Below, in pieces: positions 10,310 through 19,580 of a stretch of DNA of 64,000 nucleotides. The notes under the pieces are model-generated. The model was given only the letters and a program-made list of their open reading frames with translations, was not told the DNA's origin and did no database searches. Both the position numbers and the translations under genes were made by a program. Positions within the stretch are counted from its first letter, which is position 1, and each line of letters begins with the position of its first letter. The DNA comes from Candidatus Shapirobacteria bacterium. Lineage in GTDB: Bacteria > Patescibacteriota > Microgenomatia > UBA12405. The stretch is taken from assembly GCA_041661765.1 (NCBI GenBank), contig JBAZTV010000003.1, positions 143,914 through 207,913 of the forward strand, given 5' to 3'.

Positions 10310-10645
10310 ATGACAAAAAAAACACTTTCTTTTTCAGAAAAAGTAGTAAAAGGATGGAGTCTGATTACCATCGCCACCAAACTCAATAGTAGTTGTCCCA
10401 ACCAATCAGAAGAAAGACGTAATCTCCTAAATGAAATCAAAAGGAGACCTGTGTCCGACATCATGGAGTGGACAAAAGCTTTTATCATAGGCCTCAAAGA
10501 AGGAAAAAATCCAGAGCTCAAAGATCATCAAGCCATCATTCTGCAGCGTTTAGCTGAAACAAAATTAAACGAAAATGATCTTCGCCACATCAATCACCGA
10601 CTCGGCCATATAACCTACTTCCACCCCTTAATATTTACTGACTGA
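10310..10645 (+). CDS. Hypothetical protein
   Basis: 111-aa ORF with its own TTGACA/TAAAAT promoter, AGAGGGG SD and 3' hairpin. Confidence 0.65.
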   Translation: MTKKTLSFSEKVVKGWSLITIATKLNSSCPNQSEERRNLLNEIKRRPVSDIMEWTKAFIIGLKEGKNPELKDHQAIILQRLAETKLNENDLRHINHRLGHITYFHPLIFTD

Positions 10646-10814
10646 TTTTGATTCCCCACGCCCGAAACGTTTTTGAATTTTTATATTCAACAACACTTCG
10701 GGCTTTAATTTGCCCAAAAACTATCCTATAACTTGTTATTAGGCCTATAATTTGTTACAATTCCTCGTTCTTTAAAAAACCAAAAATTAATGAAAGAAAG
10801 AAGGTCTTTTGGTA

Positions 10815-11780
10815 ATGAAAAAGTATTTATTTGTTTCCGACATTCACGGCAGAAACACCAAATTGGAAGCTGAATTGTCTCAAATTGCCAAAGAAAATCC
10901 ACCAGAAATTGTCTTTTTCCTCGGTGACACTGTTGGTACAGAATTATTAGATCAATTGCAAAAATTGTTTTACAACAGTATTTACAACCATATCAAAAAA
11001 CTTATGACCACAAACAATCGCCCTACAAAAAAAGAGGTTCTCTCTTTTCCAACAGAAAATGGAAAAACTTTGGCCGACGGCATCACTGAACTGCAAGTCT
11101 TTCTAAAAAATATTTGCCCTTCAATAACTACCCCTACTAATACAGTCAATTACATCTTTGAAATAAGTCGGTATCTTCATTTTGGACACTTTGTTTCCAA
11201 CCTTCCTAAAAAAATCCGCAATATACTAAGACAGGATCTCGAAAAAAATGCCGAAATTTGGGCTGATATTATGACTCAATTCACAAATCAAGGTAGTCTG
11301 GTTGTTATTGTGGAAGGGAATTGGGACGCTCGGACTCCACTGGATTTTTGTCGAAGCAAAAACCGTTGTGCTCCAATACCTGTCGAAAAAAGAATTTTTT
11401 ATTTTAAAGATTTTTTAAAATCTTTAAATGACAAAATCCTCTATTTTGACGAACCAAGCACAATTGAAACTCAGAATGAGATGTTCGTTATTTTACCTTT
11501 TGATAGTTGTATTAATCTTAACCTTCCTGAAAAAATCGAAACCAATAAAAAAATAATTCTAGTTTCCCATGCTCAAATTGATTGGCACGCCATTAAAGGT
11601 GACACACCGATGACCAGCGAGGGACAAAAAATTCAGAAAAATATGAAAAAAATTATTGAAGATTTACACCCAAATTATGCCATTCACGGCCACCTTCACG
11701 ACCAAGGTCTAGATTACTTTTTCAACAACACCGATGTTAAATATCTCCCCATTGGCTCCTGTCGTTTCATTGATTTTTGA
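10815..11780 (+). CDS. Calcineurin-like metallophosphoesterase
   Basis: SDIHG, FLGD, EGNWD, VSH, HGHLH motifs. Confidence 0.85.
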   Translation: MKKYLFVSDIHGRNTKLEAELSQIAKENPPEIVFFLGDTVGTELLDQLQKLFYNSIYNHIKKLMTTNNRPTKKEVLSFPTENGKTLADGITELQVFLKNICPSITTPTNTVNYIFEISRYLHFGHFVSNLPKKIRNILRQDLEKNAEIWADIMTQFTNQGSLVVIVEGNWDARTPLDFCRSKNRCAPIPVEKRIFYFKDFLKSLNDKILYFDEPSTIETQNEMFVILPFDSCINLNLPEKIETNKKIILVSHAQIDWHAIKGDTPMTSEGQKIQKNMKKIIEDLHPNYAIHGHLHDQGLDYFFNNTDVKYLPIGSCRFIDF

Positions 11781-11900
11781 TCAAATGGCTCCGGGTTGCA
11801 TTTATGCAACAAATTCTTAAATGAATAACCGGGGTCTTTTTTTTTGTGATAAAATCCTTTGTTCTTTAAAAAAAATAAATTTAGAAAGGATTGAAAAAAA

Positions 11901-12470
11901 ATGAGTATCAATGAATCTAGTCTAATTTTCAATAATTTAATTATCACATGTGAATATTCTCCCGAAGTAATCAATGAATTATTGAAAAAAGAAATCAGTA
12001 TTGCTGAATTAATAATCATTTTTGTATATGGAAATTCAGAACAAAAAGAAATTGCAGATACTAAACTAAAGCAGGAAAAAGGGACATTAAAAGAATGGGC
12101 TGATGCATACAAAATTTATAAACAGACCAAGATCACAAAGTTGATTACCCAAAAAATTATTGAACTTATTTCAGACAAAAATGAACTTCATCAATTAATA
12201 ACAATACATCTAGAGTTTAATAGCACAAAGATTATTAAAGAAATAGTTTTACCCAAAATCAAAAAAGGACCTTTTCCATTAACAGATTTATTAGATGTTT
12301 ATTTTCATGACACCAAATCAGTATCAACGATTAAAAAACATCTAAAAAAACAAATTACCGAACAAATCAATGCCATCAATGACATAGTAGTTCTAAGAAA
12401 TCTACAAAATACAAATGATATTTCTTTTGTTAAAATATTGATTTCCAATAGATTAGAAAAACTATCCTAA
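11901..12470 (+). CDS. Hypothetical all-alpha protein
   Basis: 189-aa ORF with GAAAGGA SD and 3' hairpin. Confidence 0.65.
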   Translation: MSINESSLIFNNLIITCEYSPEVINELLKKEISIAELIIIFVYGNSEQKEIADTKLKQEKGTLKEWADAYKIYKQTKITKLITQKIIELISDKNELHQLITIHLEFNSTKIIKEIVLPKIKKGPFPLTDLLDVYFHDTKSVSTIKKHLKKQITEQINAINDIVVLRNLQNTNDISFVKILISNRLEKLS

Positions 12471-12553
12471 ATTTATTTACCCAAGGCTTCGAAAGTTTTT
12501 GATAATTATTATCAATTATATTCGGAGCCATTTTTTATGATATAATACCCCAT

Positions 12554-12643
12554 TAACCGAAGACAGTAGGCACACAAATAAGTCCCACCGAGGCAAAACA
12601 ATTTATTTGTTTTAATTGCGCCTCGATCTTCGAGGCTTTTTTT
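12554..12643 (+). ncRNA. Ribosomal protein L10 leader
   Basis: CCGAAGACAGTAGG...CCCACCGAGG core, GCCTCGA-TCT-TCGAGGC-T7 attenuator hairpin, TATAAT at 12541; upstream of rplJ. Confidence 0.85.
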
Positions 12644-12662
12644 ATTAAAAAATACAAAACAC

Positions 12663-13175
12663 ATGCCAACTACACAAAAAATCAACCAAGTTGAAGAAGT
12701 CGCTAAAAAAATTAGCGAATCTAAATCTACTGCTTTAATTCAGTACCAAGGATTAAACGCCGCTGATACTACTGATCTCAGAGCTAATATTAAAAATGTT
12801 GGCGGTTCAATTGAAGTCGTAAAAAACTCTCTTATTGTTAGAGCTCTTGAAAAATTAGGCATCAAATTACCAGAGGAATTAACTGGTCCAACCGCAATAG
12901 CCTACTGCAACGAAGATGAAATTGCTCCTCTAAAAGAAATTGACAAAGTCAACAGTGCAAAAGACAAAACTAGTTTCAAGTATGGCATCTACAATAAAAA
13001 ACTTTTATCTCTCGATGAATTAAAAACTTTTTTAAGTTTACCTTCAAAAAGCACTCTTATTTCTCAGTTCGTTGGTGGCCTTGCTAATCCCCTTCAAAGA
13101 TTGGCCTATGCTCTTCGTTTCAACCAAACTCAATTGGTTTTAACCCTTAAAGCCCTATCCGAAAAGCAAAAATAA
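12663..13175 (+). CDS. rplJ: 50S ribosomal protein L10
   Basis: YQGL...LR...VVKNSL...LTGPTAIA...LPSK. Confidence 0.96.
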   Translation: MPTTQKINQVEEVAKKISESKSTALIQYQGLNAADTTDLRANIKNVGGSIEVVKNSLIVRALEKLGIKLPEELTGPTAIAYCNEDEIAPLKEIDKVNSAKDKTSFKYGIYNKKLLSLDELKTFLSLPSKSTLISQFVGGLANPLQRLAYALRFNQTQLVLTLKALSEKQK

Positions 13176-13216
13176 ATTAACAAATTATTAATTATTAATT
13201 ATTAATTAAAAAAATT

Positions 13217-13612
13217 ATGTCAGAAGAAAAAAAAGTAAGCGCAAAAATTGAAAAAATAATCGATTCTGTTGCTGAATTAACCGTTCTTGAGCTTTCAGAA
13301 TTAGTTAAAGCTCTTGAAGAAAAATTTGATGTCAAAGCTGTTGCTGCTGCTCCTGCCGCTGCTGCTGGCGCTCCTGCCGCTGCTGCTGTAGTTGAAGAAA
13401 AAACTGAATTTGATGTCATTATCACTTCTGCTGGCGCAAATAAAATTGCCGTCATCAAAGCTGTTAGAGAATTCAAACCAGAACTCGGTCTTAAAGAAGC
13501 TAAGGATATGGTCGATGCTTGTCCTGCTGATCTTGGTACCATGAAAAAAGATGCTGCCAATGAAGCTAAAACTAAACTTGAAGCCGCTGGTGCACAAGTC
13601 GAATTAAAATAA
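13217..13612 (+). CDS. rplL: 50S ribosomal protein L7/L12
   Basis: [17 protein letters not shown], Ala-rich hinge, LGLKEAKD. Confidence 0.98.
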   Translation: MSEEKKVSAKIEKIIDSVAELTVLELSELVKALEEKFDVKAVAAAPAAAAGAPAAAAVVEEKTEFDVIITSAGANKIAVIKAVREFKPELGLKEAKDMVDACPADLGTMKKDAANEAKTKLEAAGAQVELK

Positions 13613-13629
13613 TTTTTTTATTTTAAACA

Positions 13630-14127
13630 TTAAAATCCCTCTATTTTAGGGGGATTTTTTTTACCATAATTCACCGGATTATCCTTAATATATTTTTTAT
13701 AAATCAAATATTCTTTTTCGTTTCGAATCCCTCTATCAAAAAATGATTTTTGCCATTCAAAACAAAATATTTTATTAATATTTTTTGAAATTGCTGATTT
13801 AAATGATCCAACAATAATTGGAATTATTTGATTTTGCCTTCTGTTTACTTGGGGACAGGCATGCCTGTCCCCTACAATAAATACAATTGCATGAATATGA
13901 TCTGGCATTATTACATAATCATCTAAAATAACATTTGGATAATGTTTTGGTATTTCATTCCATAATTCATTTGCCAAAATTCCAAAATCAGTCAAATAAA
14001 TTTGACCATTCTCAATGGTTCCAAAAAAATTTCTTCTATTTTTCATACAAATCGTTAAAAAATAAAAACCACCACTATCGTAATTAAAATTTAAACATCT
14101 ATTATTTTTTCTTTGACACGATCGCAT
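13630..14127 (-). mobile_element. REP-associated tyrosine transposase (RAYT, Y1 HUH family)
   Basis: YFLTIC, VIMPDHIH (HUH), VGSFKS, WQKSFFDR.IR, YIKDNP; GTAG REPs inside and upstream. Confidence 0.9.
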
Positions 14128-14152
14128 ATTTTAATATTTGTATTTTTTTGTT

Positions 14153-14314
14153 GTAGGGTACAGGCATGCCTGTACCCTGTTATTCACAATTATTATTAAT
14201 ATAATATGTAATATTAAATACATGATAATTAAATTGCAATAAAACATATAAAAAATCCCTCAATATTTTATACAAATGTGTGTAAAACAAAGTACAGGCA
14301 TGCCTGTCCCCTAC
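14153..14314. repeat. REPIN-like inverted pair of GTAG REPs
   Basis: GTAGGGTACAGGCATGCCTGTACCCT (14153-14178) and GTACAGGCATGCCTGTCCCCTAC (14292-14314); same family at 13851-13875 and 23723-23748. Confidence 0.85.
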
Positions 14315-14333
14315 AACAAAAACAAAATTTTTT

Positions 14334-14813
14334 TTATTTTTTCTCCAAAAAATCACCCCAACCAATCTTTGTATAAGTTTCCTTACATTTCTCTTCCAAA
14401 ACTCCACAAACCACTTCTGGTTCATCACTAAAAAATGGCTTAATTTGAGAAAGACCTTTGTCTTGCAAAATATTCCACATGGTGTAACCACCCATATTAG
14501 GTGATCTAACCCCAAAAACAACTTTCTTGAAATGCAACTCTCTCATCATAAAAGAACACATTGGACAAGGCTCACAGTTTGAATAGATTTCACAATCACT
14601 CAAGTCTTTACTCTTAAGTTTTTTTTGGGCTTTTCTCATTGCCACTATTTCAGCATGGCAAGTTATATCTTTATTTTTTTCATTAGCATTAGTCGCTTTA
14701 ACAATTATCTTTCCGTTTTTAACAATCAAACTTCCAAAGGGAGATTCACCTTTTTTAATAGACAATTCAGCTAAAGATATACATTTTTTAATATAAAAAT
14801 CGTTATTTTTCAT
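14334..14813 (-). CDS. Nucleoside deaminase (TadA/guanine deaminase family)
   Basis: PFG, HAEIVA, EPCPMC zinc motifs. Confidence 0.92.
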   Translation of the reverse strand: MKNNDFYIKKCISLAELSIKKGESPFGSLIVKNGKIIVKATNANEKNKDITCHAEIVAMRKAQKKLKSKDLSDCEIYSNCEPCPMCSFMMRELHFKKVVFGVRSPNMGGYTMWNILQDKGLSQIKPFFSDEPEVVCGVLEEKCKETYTKIGWGDFLEKK

Positions 14814-14840
14814 TTACTATATTTTACTCCCAATACCATT

Positions 14841-14867
14841 AAAAAACCCTCCGAAAGGAGGGCTTTT
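14841..14867 (-). terminator. Intrinsic terminator
   Basis: Minus strand GCCCTCC-TTTC-GGAGGG-TTTTTT. Confidence 0.75.
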
Positions 14868-14881
14868 TCGTCCTTAACTTT

Positions 14882-14956
14882 TTACTTGCAACCGCATCCA
14901 CAACTACTTTTCTTAACAACTTTTTTAACTGGTTTTTTTACAACTTTCTTTGGCAT
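14882..14956 (-). CDS. Small Lys-rich peptide MPKKVVKKPVKKVVKKSSCGCGCK
   Basis: 24-codon ORF translated by hand; TTGACT upstream, terminator 15 nt after the stop. Confidence 0.6.
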   Translation of the reverse strand: MPKKVVKKPVKKVVKKSSCGCGCK

Positions 14957-15035
14957 AGTTTTTTTGAATTATTAATCTAATTTAATCAAACCACCAAAAC
15001 TACTTTTAGTCAATAGTGTTATTTTTAACAATTAA

Positions 15036-16019
15036 TTATTGTTTAACCACCTGTTCAATATAATTTCTCAAAGCTGGAACCAAATTATCTTTTTTTAAAC
15101 TTACCAAATCTTTTTCAGATATCAAAACAGTATCTCTTAAAAACACTTCACCATCCATAACCTTAGATAAAATACTATCCATTGGCAATTTAATATTTAC
15201 TACTTCTCGAACTTCAAGTGTATTATTTTTTTCATCCATATAGGCAATTCCTTTAACCTTATCTATTTCCACACCATCAATTGTCATTGTAATTTCATCT
15301 AATTGTTGTTCGTTATCTTCAAATTCACCCATTTTTAAAAGTTCAATATCATTTTCACCCCTAACATTATTTACTAAATAATCCGCATCTTCTTTAGATT
15401 TTTCATCACCATTCTTTTCATGTTTATCCATCAAAGCTTTATAGACTTCTCCCACTTGTCTTAATTTTTGTTGAACTACCTCTTCTTGATCATCATCATT
15501 TCTATAAAAAGCTAATAACTTGGTCTGTTCTCCATTGTTTTGTTGTATAAAAATAAATTCTTGATTAGTTTCATCAATCGAAGTTTTAGATAATTTTTCA
15601 CCACACCTTCCAGCTGGACCAGTCAAACAACCAGCATCCACTGGAGCTCCCCCATCTCTTCTCATCAAAGCCAAACTTCTATTACCACTCCCATTTTCTA
15701 TCCAAACCCAAGTACCACCAGAAACTAATTTTTTTTCACTATTAATATTTCGAAGATCAGCCACAATTACTGAATTTTCTAATCTCAAATTTTGTCTCCA
15801 CTTGTCATCCAAAATTACAGTTGAATCTTTTGAATTTATATTAATTTGCCATTTATTTCCATTCTTTTCTATTCCATCAGCTTGAATAAATACTTTATCT
15901 GCTCCAATTTCACCATCCCTAATGGGATTTTTAAGTAAAGCCGCCGAATTTTCCATTCGGCTTTTTTGTTCAACACTTTTTAAAATTTCTGGATTAAAAT
16001 TTGATTCTGTTTCTGACAT
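15036..16019 (-). CDS. Hypothetical protein with a degenerate Nudix-like box
   Basis: LMRRD...LTGPAGRCGE...SIDETNQE. Confidence 0.6.
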   Translation of the reverse strand: MSETESNFNPEILKSVEQKSRMENSAALLKNPIRDGEIGADKVFIQADGIEKNGNKWQININSKDSTVILDDKWRQNLRLENSVIVADLRNINSEKKLVSGGTWVWIENGSGNRSLALMRRDGGAPVDAGCLTGPAGRCGEKLSKTSIDETNQEFIFIQQNNGEQTKLLAFYRNDDDQEEVVQQKLRQVGEVYKALMDKHEKNGDEKSKEDADYLVNNVRGENDIELLKMGEFEDNEQQLDEITMTIDGVEIDKVKGIAYMDEKNNTLEVREVVNIKLPMDSILSKVMDGEVFLRDTVLISEKDLVSLKKDNLVPALRNYIEQVVKQ

Positions 16020-16038
16020 TTTTTATTTAAATTTATAA

Positions 16039-16461
16039 TTAAATATGCCAACCTCGGCCTCTCTTTCTTCTTAGTGTTGGAGTTTCATCCAACCTATTGT
16101 AATCATCCTGATATCTAACTGTAGTTCCAATCTCAGCAGTCGATCCTTCAATAATAATTGCATCATTTTCACCAGCTGTAATCCGATGAATAGTTTTAAT
16201 AGTAATTGTATAACCCCGAAAAGTTTCCATTTTAATAGTTCTCAAACTTTTTAACGACCTTCCAGTAGTCAAAAAAGCATCCCCCGAAACTAAAACGAAT
16301 GTTTCTCTTTTTTTATCATGGGATTGCAATGATATTCGACAACCTTTTTTAATCGTCAACATTTTAAATGTATATTTTAAATTTCTTGGAATAAAAATAG
16401 TTTCCTGTCCCCAAGGTTTTAAAACAACTTTGTCCTTACTAGTATCACTTACTCCTTTCAT
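16039..16461 (-). CDS. Cupin protein (mannose-6-phosphate isomerase type II domain)
   Basis: KPWG, RISLQSH.KKRET, TIHRI, VRYQDDYNR. Confidence 0.85.
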   Translation of the reverse strand: MKGVSDTSKDKVVLKPWGQETIFIPRNLKYTFKMLTIKKGCRISLQSHDKKRETFVLVSGDAFLTTGRSLKSLRTIKMETFRGYTITIKTIHRITAGENDAIIIEGSTAEIGTTVRYQDDYNRLDETPTLRRKRGRGWHI

Positions 16462-16495
16462 ATTAGATTATTTTATCATGTTAAAATTACCTAAT

Positions 16496-17566
16496 ATGAA
16501 CTACGCTGTAATTATGGCCGGTGGATCCGGCACTCGTCTTTGGCCGTTAAGTCGTAAAAACAAACCAAAGCAGTTTCAACCATTAATCTCAGAAAAAACT
16601 TTACTCCAGGAAACTTATGATCGTGTCAAAAAATTCCTTCCTGATAAACAAATTTTCATTTCCGCTACTCCTGAATATGAAGAAGAAATTTTAAAACAAT
16701 TACCAAATCTTCCCAAAGAGAATTGTATTCTCGAACCAAGTGCTAGAAATACTACCGCTGCTCATGGTTTTATCGCTTTTAACCTCCTTAATCGCGATCC
16801 AGATGCAATCTTTACTACCCTTCCATCAGATCATGCTATTCAAAATCTTGACGCTTTTATCAGTGCTAACCTAGCCGCTTTTGATGCCGTCAAAAAATAT
16901 CCAGAAAAATTAATTACTCTCGGTATAACCCCAACCGCCCCTGAAACTGGTCTTGGTTATATCAAAATGGGTGAAGATTTTGACACTATCAATGACGAAA
17001 AAATTTATAAAATAGATGCTTTTATTGAAAAACCAGATTTAGAAACCGCTAAAAAATATATCTCTGAATGGGGTTACTTATGGAATAGTGCTAATTATTT
17101 TTTTCGAGCTGATACTCTCATAAATTGGATTAAAAAATATCGACCCGCTAGTTTCAAAATTCTTAATGACATTAACGAATTAATCAAAAAAAATCCCAAC
17201 GATCCAAAAGTTACTAAACTTTACAACACTATCGACAAAGAACAATTAGCCGATGCTATTTGTGAACAAAAAGATTTAGAACCGTTAGTTATTCCTACTA
17301 ACCTTGGTTGGAGTGATATTGGAAACTGGGGTGCTCTTTATGAATTAATCTCCAAGTCGAACAACATTAATTTTATTTCAAAAGGTAATCATGTCGACCA
17401 TCATAGCCAAGACTGTTTAGTCTATGCAAATAAAAAATTAATTGCCACTATGGGACTAAAAAACATTATTATCATTGATTCCCCCGACGCCATTCTTATT
17501 ACCACTCGTCAAGAAGCCCAACACATCAAAGATCTTATTTCCAAAATCGACGAAAAGTATCTATAA
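16496..17566 (+). CDS. manC: Mannose-1-phosphate guanylyltransferase
   Basis: IMAGGSGTRLWPLSR..PKQF, EPSARNT, PSDH, FIEKP, GWSDIGNW. Confidence 0.95.
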   Translation: MNYAVIMAGGSGTRLWPLSRKNKPKQFQPLISEKTLLQETYDRVKKFLPDKQIFISATPEYEEEILKQLPNLPKENCILEPSARNTTAAHGFIAFNLLNRDPDAIFTTLPSDHAIQNLDAFISANLAAFDAVKKYPEKLITLGITPTAPETGLGYIKMGEDFDTINDEKIYKIDAFIEKPDLETAKKYISEWGYLWNSANYFFRADTLINWIKKYRPASFKILNDINELIKKNPNDPKVTKLYNTIDKEQLADAICEQKDLEPLVIPTNLGWSDIGNWGALYELISKSNNINFISKGNHVDHHSQDCLVYANKKLIATMGLKNIIIIDSPDAILITTRQEAQHIKDLISKIDEKYL

Positions 17567-17580
17567 AAAATAAAACCACA

Positions 17581-17607
17581 AAAAAACCCGCCAACCGGCG
17601 GGTTTTT
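17581..17607. terminator. Bidirectional intrinsic terminator
   Basis: AAAAAACCCGCC-AACC-GGCGGGTTTTT between convergent genes. Confidence 0.85.
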
Positions 17608-17620
17608 AAATATCAACAAA

Positions 17621-18571
17621 TTAATCTTGCATCAAAGGAATTCTGGCTGGATCTAAATTATCCACGATTTCTTTAATTCCCTCTTCTAGAGTAACTGATG
17701 GAACATATCCTAATTCAGTTGAAATCTTTTCAATTCCAGCTAATTGAGTTTTAATATATCCCGATTTTACTGGATTATCAATAAACTGTGGAGCAATATT
17801 TTTACCCATCACTTTATTAATTACTGCAACTAAATCAATCAAATTGATTGCCATTGCTGTCCCAATATTAAAAATATTAAAACCATATCTTTTTTCACTA
17901 TTCATTGCCAATTCAATTCCCTGACAAATATCTTTTACATTTGTAAAATCTCTTTCTTGTTTACCATCACCATACAAAACAGCAGATTTACCTTTGGTCA
18001 TTCCCCAAATAAATTGAGATAAAACATTAGCAAAGACCTTTTTATGACCTTCGTTTAAACCATAAACACTCATAAACCTGAAGGCAATAATTTCTAAATC
18101 ATAAACTTTTGAATATACTCTTGAAATACTTTCTCGAGTATGTTTACTAACTGAATAAAAATTTGGTGGTAAAACAAATTGATCCTCTGTTAAAGGAGTA
18201 GGATTATTTCCATAAATTGAACTAGTTGATGCAAATAAAACTTTTTTAACTTTAATGTCTTTAGCAAAAGTCAACACATCTAAATAACCCATTATATTAT
18301 TATCCATAGCATCCCTTAGATTATCGATAAACATCGGAGCTGAAGATGTAGCCGCTAAGTGAACAATATAATCAAAATCCATTCCAGTACTTTCCAAATC
18401 AGACCTGTTTCTAACATCACCCTTCACAAATTTAACTTCTGGAACTAAATTTTCTTGAACACCTAATGATAAATTATCAAAAGCCGTAACATCATGACCT
18501 TTTTTAGCCATCAAGTTACAAAAATTACTACCAATAAAACCACAACCTCCAGTAACTAAAATTTTTGACAT
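17621..18571 (-). CDS. NAD-dependent nucleotide-sugar epimerase/dehydratase
   Basis: TGGCGFIG, HLAA, YSVSK, RDFTNV. Confidence 0.93.
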   Translation of the reverse strand: MSKILVTGGCGFIGSNFCNLMAKKGHDVTAFDNLSLGVQENLVPEVKFVKGDVRNRSDLESTGMDFDYIVHLAATSSAPMFIDNLRDAMDNNIMGYLDVLTFAKDIKVKKVLFASTSSIYGNNPTPLTEDQFVLPPNFYSVSKHTRESISRVYSKVYDLEIIAFRFMSVYGLNEGHKKVFANVLSQFIWGMTKGKSAVLYGDGKQERDFTNVKDICQGIELAMNSEKRYGFNIFNIGTAMAINLIDLVAVINKVMGKNIAPQFIDNPVKSGYIKTQLAGIEKISTELGYVPSVTLEEGIKEIVDNLDPARIPLMQD

Positions 18572-18649
18572 AATTTTCCCTTTATTAAACTTTTAAAAAT
18601 AACTATTAACCATTTTAACGCGTATAATATTTATTTCAACCACTCCATT

Positions 18650-19576
18650 TCAATAAAAAATTCTTTGTTGTTTTAAATAAGAATTTAAAAAATCTTGAGC
18701 ATATAATTGAGTATCGTTTGATTTTGACCCAAAAAAATCATGTTTAGCTAAATAAATTACTCCCTGAAAAATTCCACCTTCTGGACCTGGCAATGTAGTT
18801 ACATAACCTTTATATCCTCCTTTACTAATAACTGCCGACTTCACATTCGGATCTCCATTTTGAAATGTTACAGCAAAAACATCTGACGCCAACATTGCTG
18901 GGATATCATTTTCACCATCACCAAAGAATGAAAGATTTAATTTCCCTTCAAATATCTGTTGACACAATAAAGCAAAATTACTTTTATCAATTGGTTTACC
19001 GTACTTGTCTAATCTTATAATATCCACTGCACCATCACCATGAGGTTTCATAACCATTAATTTCAAATTATTTTCTTTTATAATTTCTCTTATATTATCA
19101 GCAATTTGAAACCTGGTAAATTTCTCATTAAAATTTACTTTGTGTGCTATTGGACCAACTTCAGGAAAAATAGTTAAAACACCCAGTTTTGATTCTTCAA
19201 TAAAAACCTCTCCAATTTCTTTACCTAAATGAATTTTACTAATACCTTCTTGTTTTTTCGTAAGTCCAAGTTGTTGACGCAACTCTACTACTGATTGTAA
19301 ATTTTCACCGATTATAACAGGAGCTTTACCATTTTGTTGTAGAACTCCATTATTTTCTGCAAACCAATACTCAATATCACAAGGTTTTGCTTGCTTAGCT
19401 AAGTATGAAGCACTTTTTCCAGAGCTAAAAATACCACAAAAACCAAACTCTTTCATTCCCTTTAAAAAATCTTGATTAAAAGGTGGTATCTCTCGATTTG
19501 GAGGAGCTAAAGTTCCATCCACATCTAAACCCACAACTGCTTTAATTTCATCTGTTAAACCTGATCTTTTCTCCAT
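18650..19576 (-). CDS. HAD-superfamily hydrolase, subclass IIB
   Basis: DVDGTL, SSGK, AENNG, GDGEND. Confidence 0.85.
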   Translation of the reverse strand: MEKRSGLTDEIKAVVGLDVDGTLAPPNREIPPFNQDFLKGMKEFGFCGIFSSGKSASYLAKQAKPCDIEYWFAENNGVLQQNGKAPVIIGENLQSVVELRQQLGLTKKQEGISKIHLGKEIGEVFIEESKLGVLTIFPEVGPIAHKVNFNEKFTRFQIADNIREIIKENNLKLMVMKPHGDGAVDIIRLDKYGKPIDKSNFALLCQQIFEGKLNLSFFGDGENDIPAMLASDVFAVTFQNGDPNVKSAVISKGGYKGYVTTLPGPEGGIFQGVIYLAKHDFFGSKSNDTQLYAQDFLNSYLKQQRIFY

Positions 19577-19580
19577 TTAT

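Noticed and set aside
13630-14127. IS200/IS605 insertion sequence
   Set aside because: No tnpB; motifs and GTAG REPs fit RAYT.
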